Below, in pieces: positions 27,921 to 37,505 of a stretch of 64,000 nucleotides of DNA (within the stretch, counting starts at the first letter, position 1; each line of letters begins with the position of its first letter). The position numbers and the translations under genes are program-made. The DNA comes from Nannocystis bainbridge (GTDB taxonomy: Bacteria; Myxococcota_A; Polyangia; Nannocystales; Nannocystaceae): assembly GCF_028368995.1 (NCBI RefSeq), contig NZ_JAQNDL010000004.1, forward strand, positions 224,001 through 288,000, written 5' to 3'. The notes under the pieces are model-generated. The model was not told the origin of the DNA and ran no database searches. It was given only the letters and a program-made list of their open reading frames with translations.

Positions 27921-30900
27921 GCGGGGAGCTCCTCGACGTCGCTCAGCTCGAGCTCGAGCTCGACATTGTAGCCGAGGGCGCGGCGCAGCGCGAGGTGCTC
28001 CTCGGACACGAGGTAGGCGACCAGGGCGGCGGGCCGCGAGGCGGCGAGGGTCGGCGCGGGCGCGGCGTCGCCGGGCGGCCGCGTGGTGAGGCGGCGCAGC
28101 GGCACCCGCGGATCGCCGCAAGCGATCGCGCCGGCCCGATCTTCGCCCTGACGCAAGGTGTCCCGAAGGACAGGATGCGAGAACTGCTGGAGGTTGCGCG
28201 CCAGGATCTCGGCGTCGTCGCCGAAATCGACCGCCACGCCGGCGCCGGCGAGGCCTTCGATGATCGCGTCGGAGACGCTCTCGTCGCGCGGGTGGATGTC
28301 GTCGAGCTCGACGCCGGCGCAGCTGGCAAGGCCGTGGAGGACGGCCATGATGCCGATGTCGTCCATGACGTGGTGGAGGTGGTCGCCGCCGGTCGACAGG
28401 CGGAACAGCGCCCGACCGATCGCCTCGCGCGAGGCGGGCGAGAACGGGGCGCCGTTGATCCTGCGGCCGATCAGCAGCACGGGGGCGGTGCCGACGTGGG
28501 CGACCACGCCGTCGTCGCCGGTCGGGTTGAGGAACAGCAGCGGCTCGCCGACGCCGAGAGTGCGAGCGAGGGCGCGGGTGACGACGGCGACCGAGCTGGC
28601 GGCCGGCAAGCTGTGACGCTGGGCCAGGTTGACCGGCGGCGGCGGGGCGCCGGGGATGCCGGACATGTACTTGACGCCGGCTTGCAGCAGGTGCACGGCG
28701 GCGGCGGCGGCCGGATCGTCGACGGTGAAGAACGGCTGCGGCTTGTCGGGCGCGGTCGGCAGCGGCCACGGGGCGGGCTGCAGGACCTCGCAGCGGCGGG
28801 TCGCGGGCACGAGGTCGGGGTCGACGGTCTCGAGCACGGCGGCGCACACGTAGACGCCGCCCGACTCCTCGGCGGCGTCGAACAGGCGCAGGAGGCCGGC
28901 GATCGGGCCTTCGCCCTCGCCGTCGAATTCGGGGCGGCCGGGCTTGTGCGGGCGCCCGTGGCCGCGGTCGCGCAGGAGGGCCCGCTGGGCGGCGATGCCG
29001 GCCTGGAGGGCGACGCGGGCCTCGTCGCCGCGCCCCAGCTCGATGAGCAGGGCGTGCAGCTCGAGGATGACCTCGGTGTTGGCGGGGCGCAGGCGCAGCA
29101 GCTCGCGCAGGAGCGCGGCGGCCTCCTCGGGCCGACCGCGGACGCGGCGATCGATGTCGGCGAGGGCCCGCAAGCTGCGGACGCGCTCGTCGGCGTCGCC
29201 GAGCTCGAGCAGGCGCTGCAACACTTCGACGCGCTGATCGACGGTGCCGATCGCGGAGGCGATCCGGTCGGCGGCCCGCAAGGCGACGAAGGCCTGGAAG
29301 CCGCCGCGGCTGGCGGCGAGGTAGTGCTCGAAGGCGGCGTCGGGGGCCCCGTTGCGCTCGTGGGCGTCGGCCAGCAAGAACTCGAGCACGGCCCGCAGCT
29401 CGGGCGAGGCCTCGCGCTTCAGGGCCTCTTGCAGCTGGCCGACGGCGTCGCTGCCCCGACCGGCGCGGGCGTAGAGGCGGGCGAGGTCGACGCGCAGGGC
29501 GACGTGATCCTGGAACGAGGCGACGGCGCGCTCGAGCAGGCCGGCGGCGGCGAGGTTGCCGTCGCTGATCTCGACGACGCGGGCGAGCGCGCGGGCGGCC
29601 TCGGGGGTGAGCGTGCGAGCGGCGGCGAGGGCGTCGAAGCGGCGGGTGAGCGGGCCGACCAGCGGCACGGCGCCTTCGCGGCCGTGCTGCTCGCGGGTCC
29701 GCCACAGCGCCGAGAAGGCCGGATCGGAGGCGGGCTCGATGTCGAGGGCGCGGGCCAGGGCGCGCCAGGCCCGGGCCGGATCGCGGGCCCGCACGGCGAG
29801 CAGGCCGGCGCGCACGCACAGCGCGTGCTGGTGGGCCGGGTCGCCGACGAGCAGGGCGATCTGGGCCAGCAGGTCGGCGGCGACCACGAGGTCGGCCGGG
29901 CTGCCGCGCTGCTCCATCAGGCAGGCCTTGGCGTGCAGGGCAGGCAGGTACTTGGGCCAGGTGACGAGGGCGGCGTTGAGGCGCGACAGGGCCTCGTCGA
30001 GGTCGCCGGCGCGGACGTAGAGGTCGGCGCTGCCGCACAGCAAAGCGGCCCGCTCGACGTAGTCCTTTTCGCCGGCGGCGGCGGTGTTGAGCTCGGCGGC
30101 GGCGCGGCGGGTGGGCACGAGGTTGCGGCGCATGCCGATGCGCGCCTGGGCCCGACGGGCCGGCTCGTAGCGCGCGTCCATGGCCAGCAGCTCGGCGTAG
30201 CCGGCGTCGGCGGCGTCGAGGTCGCCGGCCGACTCGGCGGCGCGGGCGGCCCGGTAGCGCAGGCTGTGGGTGAACGGGTGGTCGGCCGACTCCTCGGCGG
30301 TGATCGACAGCGCGGCGGCGGCCCCGGAGCGCACGAGGTCGGGGCGGCGGCTGAAGCGGGCGGCGCGGGCCAGGCGGAGCTGGGTGTTGAGGTCGCGCGG
30401 GCGGGCCTCGGCGGCGGCCTCGAGGTACTGCACGCCGAGCGCGGGCGAGTCGGACATCTCGGCCAGCAGCAGCGCGGCGGCCTGGCGGTTGCCGATGCCG
30501 CGCTCGTGGGCCAGCGCGCCGCGGGCGGCCGACAGCAGCTCGCCGGCGCTGCCGTTGGCGGCGCAGTGCTCGAGCAGGGTGGTCCAGCCGCCGCCGAGGC
30601 TCGGCCACTGCGCGAGGGCCCGCCGCAGCTCGCCGGTGGCCTGCTCGGCCTGGCCGGGGTCGGCCCAGATGCCGGCGGGATCGGAGGCCCGCACCAGCGC
30701 GGCGCGGTAGATCAGCAGGGCGCGAGCCCGCTGGCCGCGCGACAGATCGAAGTGGCGCCCGAGGTAGCCGAGCAGCGCGTCGGTGCGGCCGAGCGCGGCG
30801 GCCAGGCGCTCGCCGGTGTGCAGCAGCGAGAGGTGTTCGGGCCAGGTCTGAAGGACCAGGTCGACCTCGTCGAGCGCCTGCGGCAGCTCGCCGAGCGCGA

Positions 30901-32746
30901 GCAGACGGTGGAGGATCTCGAGGTGCAGCGACAGCCGCTGCGCCGGGTCGACGGCGCGCTGCAGGCGGCGGCGCAGCAGGTCGATGATGCCGACGTCGTC
31001 GCCGCGGTCGCGGAGGATCCGCTCGAGCAGCGCGAGCGTCGGCGGGTGGTCGGGGACCTCCTCGAGCGACTCCTGCAGGCTGGCTTCGGCGTGGCCCGTG
31101 TCGCCCATCTGCAGCGCCAGCTCGGCGCTGCGGAACAGCAGCTTGGCGCGCCGCAGCGGGCTGATCGTCAGCTTGATCTCCTGCTCGGTGACCTGCAGCA
31201 GCTCGCGCGCGCGGCCGGCCCGGGCCAGCAGGCGGGCCAGCTGCTGCAGCGACGGCAGGTGCTCCGGGAACTCCTTGAGCAGGGCGACGAGGCACTTGAT
31301 CGCGGCCGACGGATCGCCCTGGCGCTCGTGCAGGCGGGCCAGGATCGACAGCAGGAACACGCGCCGCGGGCCGCCGACGCCGCGCTGCAGCTCGCCGCTG
31401 TAGAGCTCGCGCAGGCCGTCGAAGCGGCCGAGTTGCAGCAGGACTCGCTCGAGCCGATCGAGCGCGGGGCGGTAGGTCTGCGACGAGGCGACGGCCTCTT
31501 CGTAGAGCTGGCGGGCGCCCTCGAGCTCCTTGAGGTTCTCCTCGAGCACCTGGCCGGCGCGCAGCTGGGCCTGGGCCCGCTCCTCGGGGCTGAGGCCGGC
31601 GGCCTCGGCGGTCGCGACCTGGAGCTTGAGCAGCTCGAGCAGCTGGTGCCAGGACTCGTTGGCGATCAGGTAGCGGCCGGCGTCCTCGAGCGCGGGCGTG
31701 TGGCCGGGGAACAGCTTGAGCGCGCGACGCATGGCGCCGAGGCCCTCGCTGACGCGGTCGAGGCGGATCATCGCCAGCTTGCCGAGGCGGTAGAACAGCT
31801 CGGCCTCGGTGCCGGGGTCGGAGCCGCCGATGGCCTTGAGCTGGCCGGCGCACGCCTCGACGGCGACGTCGTAGCGCGCGGTCGCCATCGCCAGCTCCTC
31901 GAGGTTGCGCCACAGGCTGAAGTTGTCGGGCTGCAGCTTGGCGGCGGCGTGCAGCAGCGAGACGGCGGCGGCGCGCTCGCGGACCTCTCGCAGGACCAGG
32001 CTGGCGCGGGCCAGCGGGCCGGCGCGCTGCTCGGGCGGGCGAGCGTCGGCCTCGGCCTCGAGCGCGCGCAGCATCAGCTCGGCGTTGCCGGCCGCCTCGG
32101 CGACGCGGAACAGGTCTTGAATGAGGAGGAGGTTGCCGGGCTGCTCCTCGCCGGCGGCGATCAGCAGCGCGGCGGCGAGGTTGAGGTCGCCGCCCTGGCG
32201 GGTCTCGAGCACGGCGAGGTCGCGCGCGACGGCGGCGACGGCCCGCGGGTCGTGGAGGACCTCGAGCTGGGCCTCGAGGTTGGCGACCAGGGCCATGAGG
32301 TTGCCCTGCACGAGGGTGACGGCCTCGACCGAGCGCAGCACCGCGAGGTCCTTCGGGGTGGCGCGCAGGGCGGCCTGGTAACACTGCAAGGCGGCGGCGC
32401 GATCCTTGAAGTGGGTCTCGACCAGCTGACCTCGCTCGCGGTAGAGCGCGGCCGCCTCGCGCGGGTGGCGAGTGGCGCGGATCTCGAGGTCGAGGTAGCG
32501 GACGGAGTTGCGGATGTCGCCACGCCGGAGAAAGATCCGGTAGAGGAGGCGCATCGCCGGCCGCAGGTCCGGCACCAGCTCCAAGGCGTGGGCGAGCAGG
32601 CGCTGGGCCTCGCCGTCCTCGCCGCGCACGACACACCAGCGCGCACACGTGACGGCGACCACGGCCCGGAGTTGCGGCTCACTCGTCGGTGTCCGCGACA
32701 GCACCTGCAACATCTCGAGCAGGGGCATCTCGGCGGTTTCGGGCAT
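27917..32746 (-). CDS. Giant TPR-repeat protein (1609 aa) with an M48-like C-terminal domain lacking HExxH
   Basis: Many TPR motifs (AALQCYQAALRATPKD); C-terminal EAIGRALFRL…GEDRAGAIACGD. Confidence 0.88.
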   Translation of the reverse strand: MPETAEMPLLEMLQVLSRTPTSEPQLRAVVAVTCARWCVVRGEDGEAQRLLAHALELVPDLRPAMRLLYRIFLRRGDIRNSVRYLDLEIRATRHPREAAALYRERGQLVETHFKDRAAALQCYQAALRATPKDLAVLRSVEAVTLVQGNLMALVANLEAQLEVLHDPRAVAAVARDLAVLETRQGGDLNLAAALLIAAGEEQPGNLLLIQDLFRVAEAAGNAELMLRALEAEADARPPEQRAGPLARASLVLREVRERAAAVSLLHAAAKLQPDNFSLWRNLEELAMATARYDVAVEACAGQLKAIGGSDPGTEAELFYRLGKLAMIRLDRVSEGLGAMRRALKLFPGHTPALEDAGRYLIANESWHQLLELLKLQVATAEAAGLSPEERAQAQLRAGQVLEENLKELEGARQLYEEAVASSQTYRPALDRLERVLLQLGRFDGLRELYSGELQRGVGGPRRVFLLSILARLHERQGDPSAAIKCLVALLKEFPEHLPSLQQLARLLARAGRARELLQVTEQEIKLTISPLRRAKLLFRSAELALQMGDTGHAEASLQESLEEVPDHPPTLALLERILRDRGDDVGIIDLLRRRLQRAVDPAQRLSLHLEILHRLLALGELPQALDEVDLVLQTWPEHLSLLHTGERLAAALGRTDALLGYLGRHFDLSRGQRARALLIYRAALVRASDPAGIWADPGQAEQATGELRRALAQWPSLGGGWTTLLEHCAANGSAGELLSAARGALAHERGIGNRQAAALLLAEMSDSPALGVQYLEAAAEARPRDLNTQLRLARAARFSRRPDLVRSGAAAALSITAEESADHPFTHSLRYRAARAAESAGDLDAADAGYAELLAMDARYEPARRAQARIGMRRNLVPTRRAAAELNTAAAGEKDYVERAALLCGSADLYVRAGDLDEALSRLNAALVTWPKYLPALHAKACLMEQRGSPADLVVAADLLAQIALLVGDPAHQHALCVRAGLLAVRARDPARAWRALARALDIEPASDPAFSALWRTREQHGREGAVPLVGPLTRRFDALAAARTLTPEAARALARVVEISDGNLAAAGLLERAVASFQDHVALRVDLARLYARAGRGSDAVGQLQEALKREASPELRAVLEFLLADAHERNGAPDAAFEHYLAASRGGFQAFVALRAADRIASAIGTVDQRVEVLQRLLELGDADERVRSLRALADIDRRVRGRPEEAAALLRELLRLRPANTEVILELHALLIELGRGDEARVALQAGIAAQRALLRDRGHGRPHKPGRPEFDGEGEGPIAGLLRLFDAAEESGGVYVCAAVLETVDPDLVPATRRCEVLQPAPWPLPTAPDKPQPFFTVDDPAAAAAVHLLQAGVKYMSGIPGAPPPPVNLAQRHSLPAASSVAVVTRALARTLGVGEPLLFLNPTGDDGVVAHVGTAPVLLIGRRINGAPFSPASREAIGRALFRLSTGGDHLHHVMDDIGIMAVLHGLASCAGVELDDIHPRDESVSDAIIEGLAGAGVAVDFGDDAEILARNLQQFSHPVLRDTLRQGEDRAGAIACGDPRVPLRRLTTRPPGDAAPAPTLAASRPAALVAYLVSEEHLALRRALGYNVELELELSDVEELPA

Positions 32747-32788
32747 CGCTCGGGCGGCAGTCTACACCGGGGCGCGCGGCCGGAATAC

Positions 32789-33445
32789 CTAGGACAGGGC
32801 GTGGGAATAATCGCCGAGCGTGTAGGTGTGGGGCTCAGACCCGCCCTGCGCCCGCCGCTGCGCCAAAAGATCGACGATGAGGGCGATCGTCTCGAAGCGG
32901 GTGGTCAGGGTGTAAAATTGATCCTCGGGGACCGGCGGGACCGCGATCAGCCGCTCCTCGATGAAAGCGGCGTCGCTCGCCCCGTCGGGCTCGGACCCGC
33001 CCCGGATGTCGAGGTGCAGGCCGCAGTCGATGTCCTCGTCGTCCGGCTCGCTGCCGAGGATCGCGGACAGCGCGAGCGCGACCGGCGTGAAGTGGAGGTA
33101 GGCGGCCCCGAGCAGCAGGCGGAAGCCTCGCGGATCGCCGGCGCGCCCGACCCACGTGCCGCCGAACTCGCGCCGCACCAGCTCGCCGAAGTACGCCCCG
33201 GCCGAGGCGGCCAGGAGATCGAGGATCGGCGCCCGCGTCTCGCTGCGGGCCAGCGAGAGGTAGTGATCGAGGAAGGCGAGCGAGGTGACGGAGCCGTCGA
33301 GCTCGACGCCGAGAGCGCGCTTGACCTGGTCGCGCAGCTGTCGTTCGAGATCGCCCACGGCGGCGTCGAGCGCGGCGGCGTCGGGGCCGGCGGTCCGGGG
33401 GGTCGCGTCCGGTGGGACCGGTGGGGTCGAAGGCGTGTCGGTCAT
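32789..33445 (-). CDS. Conserved hypothetical protein (DUF3806/DUF6278-like)
   Basis: ALGVELDGSVTSLAFLDHYL…AGAYFGELVRREFGGTW pattern; GC3-rich codon usage. Confidence 0.75.
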   Translation of the reverse strand: MTDTPSTPPVPPDATPRTAGPDAAALDAAVGDLERQLRDQVKRALGVELDGSVTSLAFLDHYLSLARSETRAPILDLLAASAGAYFGELVRREFGGTWVGRAGDPRGFRLLLGAAYLHFTPVALALSAILGSEPDDEDIDCGLHLDIRGGSEPDGASDAAFIEERLIAVPPVPEDQFYTLTTRFETIALIVDLLAQRRAQGGSEPHTYTLGDYSHALS

Positions 33446-33482
33446 CGGCGCGGCAGCTTTACACCGTCCGCGGGCGGACGCT

Positions 33483-36400
33483 ATGGTCGCGCGAGTGTCG
33501 AATCAAGGCGACTGGAGCTGGTCCGAAGAGGCCCTCTATGCGTGCCCGTGCGGCTCGCTGGTGGTGGCCCGAAGGTGGCGCTGGCTCGATCGTCAGGCAC
33601 GGCCCGAGCTGGTGGCGACGCTGCGGGCCAGCGGCCCCCTCGTGGGCGCGTGTTCGCGCTGCCGCCGCCCGGCGACCGGCGGCGGGGCGTGGCTCGAGGT
33701 CGACGCGGATCGCGGGGCCGCGACGCTGGTGCTCAGCGCCGATCGCCGCGGAGATCTGATCGCCGCGCTGCAGGCCCACCTGGTCGCGCTGCAGGCCCGG
33801 CCCGAGCAGGCGGCGCCGTGGCTGCTGCAGCCGGAGGTCGCGTTCGTGCCGGTGCCGCCGCCGTGGGCCGAGGAGGCCGGCGAGGCGGCGCCCGAGCTGT
33901 CGCCGTGGCCGGGCCCGGCGCTCGGCTCGCGGGCCCAGGACTCGGGCGTGCGGGTCAGCGAGCCGGCCCGCCTCGGCGACGAGCCGGCTGGCGCGGGGGC
34001 CAGGGCGGAAGAGACAGGTGCGAAGGGGCATGTCCCCGGGGCCAGGGCCGAAGAGCCAGGTTCGAAGGGACATGTCCCGGTGGCCAGGAGCGCAGGCTCC
34101 GGCGAGGCGCCGCGGGGCGCGGGCTCGGGGCCGAGCGAGGCGGCGCGGGGCGACGCAGTGCAGGCGCGGCGGCGCGAGGGCTCGGGCGCGGTGACGGCCG
34201 CGGGCCGCCGGCGCGAGGGCTCCGACCCGGCCGCGGCGGCCCAGGCGCGGCGGCGCGAGGGCTCCGACCCGGCCGCGGCGGCGCAGGCGCGGCGGCGCGA
34301 GGCTTCGGGGCCGAGCGAGGCGGCCCAGGCGCGGCTGCGCGAGGGCTCCGGGCCGAGCGAGGCCGAGGCCCGGGCGGTCCGGGCCAGCCGCGGCAACAGT
34401 GAGTCGGCGCTGCAGGACACGTTCCCGGGCCGTCGGCGCGGGCGCTCGGCCGAGGACGTCGGGCTCGAGGAGCAGGGCAGCCTGGTGTCGGCGGCGCGGC
34501 GCTCGTTCGAGGCCAGCGGCCAGGGCAAGCCGGGCGAGCCGGGCGGGCGGCGGCCGGGGGCGGTGCTCGAAGGGACAGGTACGAACGGACAGGACGCTTC
34601 GGCCATGTCCTCCGGGGCAGGTCGGCGCGACGAGCCGGGCGGCGGGCGGCGAGCCGACGCGGCCGCGGCGGGCCCCGGGGAGGCCGGTGGCGCCGGTCGG
34701 CGCGCGGGCGCGGAGGCGCGGCCCGAGGCGGCCGGCGCGAGCGGGCAGGACGCCGCGGGGCAGGCCGCGGGTCGGCGGCCGGCGGCGGTGCTCGAGCCCG
34801 GCGACGCGGTCCGGCGGCCGGGGGCGGTGCTGGAAGGTACAGGTTCGAACGGACAGGACGCTTCGGCCATGTCCGCAGGGACAGGTCGGCCGGGCGACGC
34901 GGTCCGGCGGCCGGCCGCGGTGATCGAGCCGGGCGACGCGGTCCGGCGGCCCGGGGCGGTGCTCGAGCCGGGCGACGCGGGGTCGCGCCGGGGCTTGCCC
35001 GAAGGGACAGGTTCGAACGGACAGGATGCTTCGGCCATGTCCTCCGGGGCAGGTCGGCGGCCGGGCGCGGTGCTGGAGCCCGGCGACGCGGCGCGGCGGC
35101 CGGGGCTCGAGGGCGCGAGCGGGCCGGACGCAGCGGCCTCCGGCCGGCGGCCCACGGTGGCGCTGGAGCCCGGCGACGGGGTCCGGCGGCCGGGGGCGGT
35201 GCTGGAGCCCGGCGAGGCGAACCGGCGGCCCGGGCTGAGCGAAGGGACAGGTGCAAACGGACAGGATGCTTCGGGCATGTCCTCAGGGCCAGGTCACCGC
35301 GCCGACGAGGGCGCGCGGCGGCCGGGGGCGGTGCTCGAGGGCCCGGGCGAGGGCGGCGCGCGGGCGATCGAGGATGCGACGACGCGGCGACCCGGGGCGG
35401 TGCTCGAAGGGACAGGTGCGAACCGACAGGAACCCGCGGCCATGTCCGCAGGGACAGGTCGGCGCGACGATCCGGGCGGCCGACGGGGGCCCGAGCCGGG
35501 CGCCGAGGGCGACCCGGAGCGGTCGGCCCTGCGCGCGGCGGTGGCCCGGGCGTTGACGCCGGCGGCGCCGCCGGAGAGCGGGCCGCCTCGGCCAGCGGCG
35601 GTGCTGCCAGGGCCGGCGGAGGCGAGCGCGGCCGAGAGCAGCGGGACGTGGTCGCGGCGCCAGGTCGAGGCGGCCGACGCGGCGGCCCGGCGCAACCTCG
35701 AGGGCAGCGACAGCCGGCAGGTCAGCGAGGCGGCGATCACCGGGACCTGGCCCAAGCGCCAGATCCTCGAGGGCCCGGCCGACAGCGGGCCGGGCTGGCG
35801 CCGCGAGGAGGAGCCGCGCACGGGGCGACCGAGCCGCGCCCCGGCGCCGCCGCCGGTGCGCCTCGGGGCCGATGTCCAGCGGACCGCGCTGGGCAGCCTC
35901 GGTCGCGACGGCGGGGTTGTGCAGCTGACGGCCAACGTCAACGAGGCGACGGCGCGGGTGTGGGCGACGGCGCCGGTCAAGGTCCGGCCGATCCACCTGC
36001 GCGGGCTCGGCTATCCGCTGGTTGGCGTGCGCGCGGTGGCCGAGGCCGGCGGCGAGCCGCTGGTGATCGACGCGGTGGTCGATGTCGGCGAGCCGATGAC
36101 GCTCGACCTCTTCAAGCAGCTGACCCGCGAGTTCAAGATCCGCCTGGCGCTGCCCGGCACGCATCGCGAGCTGGTGGCGCCGGAGCTGCAACGCAACGCG
36201 GCGTCGTGCCTCGAGAGCGCGCAAGCGCAGCTCGGCACCGGCGAGTTCCCGCCCGACGCGTACCGCACGGCCCGCGAGCTGCTGACCGGGCAGAGCGCGG
36301 CGCAGCGGCTCGAGCCGGCCCGCACGCCGATCGGCGAGTCGCTGGCCGAGACCAGCCGCGAGTCGGCGGCGGCGGCGTGGCTGGCGCTCGAGCGGCTCGA

Positions 36401-37505
36401 CCAGGGATCGCGCAAGGACAACCTGGGGCGTCTGCTCGAGGTCGACGGGCTGGGGGTCGAGACGTACGAGAAGATCCGCTCGACCGTGCTCGGCGCGGCG
36501 ATCGAATTCGGGCTGCCGGCCCCGGCCCGCTTCTGGCGCCGCTGGCTCGGCTCCGACCAGGCGCGCGACGTGGGGACCTTCGTGCAGAAGCTCATCGCAG
36601 CGCGCACGGCGTCGATCGCCCGCGGGGAGGACCTCGACGCCGACCAGGCCGAGGCCGCCTGGCGCGGGATCCTCGACCTGTGCCAGCACAAGAACCTGAC
36701 CCCGCCGCCGGAGCTGTCCAAGGCGCTCGGGCTCGGCAAGGTGACGACCGGCCGGCGCGCCAGCCAGCCGCAGATCAAGGCGGCGGCCGAGGTCCGGGAG
36801 GCGGCGCCGGTGCAGGAGGCGCGGTCGCAGGCCCGTCTGCGCGAGCTGACGGCCCGCCTGCGCGGCGCCCCGGCGGACAGCGATGTCCGGGCGGTGGTCG
36901 GCAGCTTGCCGGAATTGGCCGAAGCCGACGTCGCCAGTCTGATGCCGGTGCTGGCGGAGCTCGGTCCGCGCATCGGGCCGGAGCTGCTGGCCTGCCTGCG
37001 GGCGCCGCAGAGGCACGTGCGCCAGGCGGCGGCGATCCTGCTGGGCCACCTCGGCGAGCGCAAGGCCGAGGGTCCGCTGGTGACGATGCTCGGCGACGAA
37101 CCCAGCGGCGGGTGGGTCGATGCGGCCCGCGCGCTCGGCAACCTGGGGCCGCGGGTGGTCGGGCCGCTGTGCAACCTGCTCCGGAGCACCCCGAGCGGCC
37201 GCAAAGAGGCGGTCGGGGCGCGGGTCGCCCGCGCGCTGGCGGAGCTGATCAAGGCCGAGGGCGCGGGGCCGGGCGGGTCGGGCCGGGTCGCGGTCGAGAA
37301 TTTGCTGGAGGTCGCCGACCCGTCGGTATCCTCCGCGGCCCGCCGTGCGCTTGCTACACTGGGCGCCGTGCGGGACGAGGTCGACGGCGAAGAGGCCGAG
37401 GCGTCACGCCGGTTCTCTCGGCTGGCGTCCGACGCGATCGCGCCGGAGCTCGACGCCGCCGAGGACGACGAGGTCGACGAAGTCGAAGTGGAAGTCGGGG
37501 ACTGA
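33483..37505 (+). CDS. Large protein: N-terminal Zn-ribbon (CpXC-like), long repetitive disordered region, C-terminal HEAT repeats and acidic tail
   Basis: YACPCG…GACSRC; repeats of RRPGAVLE(P/G) and GTGxNGQDASAMS; HEAT motif VRQAAAILLGHLG…AARALGNLG. Stop overlaps the next start (TGATG). Confidence 0.75.
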   Translation: MVARVSNQGDWSWSEEALYACPCGSLVVARRWRWLDRQARPELVATLRASGPLVGACSRCRRPATGGGAWLEVDADRGAATLVLSADRRGDLIAALQAHLVALQARPEQAAPWLLQPEVAFVPVPPPWAEEAGEAAPELSPWPGPALGSRAQDSGVRVSEPARLGDEPAGAGARAEETGAKGHVPGARAEEPGSKGHVPVARSAGSGEAPRGAGSGPSEAARGDAVQARRREGSGAVTAAGRRREGSDPAAAAQARRREGSDPAAAAQARRREASGPSEAAQARLREGSGPSEAEARAVRASRGNSESALQDTFPGRRRGRSAEDVGLEEQGSLVSAARRSFEASGQGKPGEPGGRRPGAVLEGTGTNGQDASAMSSGAGRRDEPGGGRRADAAAAGPGEAGGAGRRAGAEARPEAAGASGQDAAGQAAGRRPAAVLEPGDAVRRPGAVLEGTGSNGQDASAMSAGTGRPGDAVRRPAAVIEPGDAVRRPGAVLEPGDAGSRRGLPEGTGSNGQDASAMSSGAGRRPGAVLEPGDAARRPGLEGASGPDAAASGRRPTVALEPGDGVRRPGAVLEPGEANRRPGLSEGTGANGQDASGMSSGPGHRADEGARRPGAVLEGPGEGGARAIEDATTRRPGAVLEGTGANRQEPAAMSAGTGRRDDPGGRRGPEPGAEGDPERSALRAAVARALTPAAPPESGPPRPAAVLPGPAEASAAESSGTWSRRQVEAADAAARRNLEGSDSRQVSEAAITGTWPKRQILEGPADSGPGWRREEEPRTGRPSRAPAPPPVRLGADVQRTALGSLGRDGGVVQLTANVNEATARVWATAPVKVRPIHLRGLGYPLVGVRAVAEAGGEPLVIDAVVDVGEPMTLDLFKQLTREFKIRLALPGTHRELVAPELQRNAASCLESAQAQLGTGEFPPDAYRTARELLTGQSAAQRLEPARTPIGESLAETSRESAAAAWLALERLDQGSRKDNLGRLLEVDGLGVETYEKIRSTVLGAAIEFGLPAPARFWRRWLGSDQARDVGTFVQKLIAARTASIARGEDLDADQAEAAWRGILDLCQHKNLTPPPELSKALGLGKVTTGRRASQPQIKAAAEVREAAPVQEARSQARLRELTARLRGAPADSDVRAVVGSLPELAEADVASLMPVLAELGPRIGPELLACLRAPQRHVRQAAAILLGHLGERKAEGPLVTMLGDEPSGGWVDAARALGNLGPRVVGPLCNLLRSTPSGRKEAVGARVARALAELIKAEGAGPGGSGRVAVENLLEVADPSVSSAARRALATLGAVRDEVDGEEAEASRRFSRLASDAIAPELDAAEDDEVDEVEVEVGD
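34003..35460. repeat. In-frame repeat expansions built partly from 14-bp palindromic units
   Basis: Six 14-bp units at 34003-34086. A 56-bp four-unit block recurs near 34564, 34828, 34997, 35237 and 35401. Confidence 0.75.

Noticed and set aside
22920-32648. 3242-aa ORF in the track
   Set aside because: The first ~1576 aa are an Arg/Pro-rich off-frame shadow of the 27917-32746 gene. The real protein starts at 27920 with an ATGA overlap.
22866-34402. Very long plus-strand ORFs (1701 aa and 2135 aa)
   Set aside because: Antisense shadows of the TPR genes, expected in high-GC3 DNA; no motifs.
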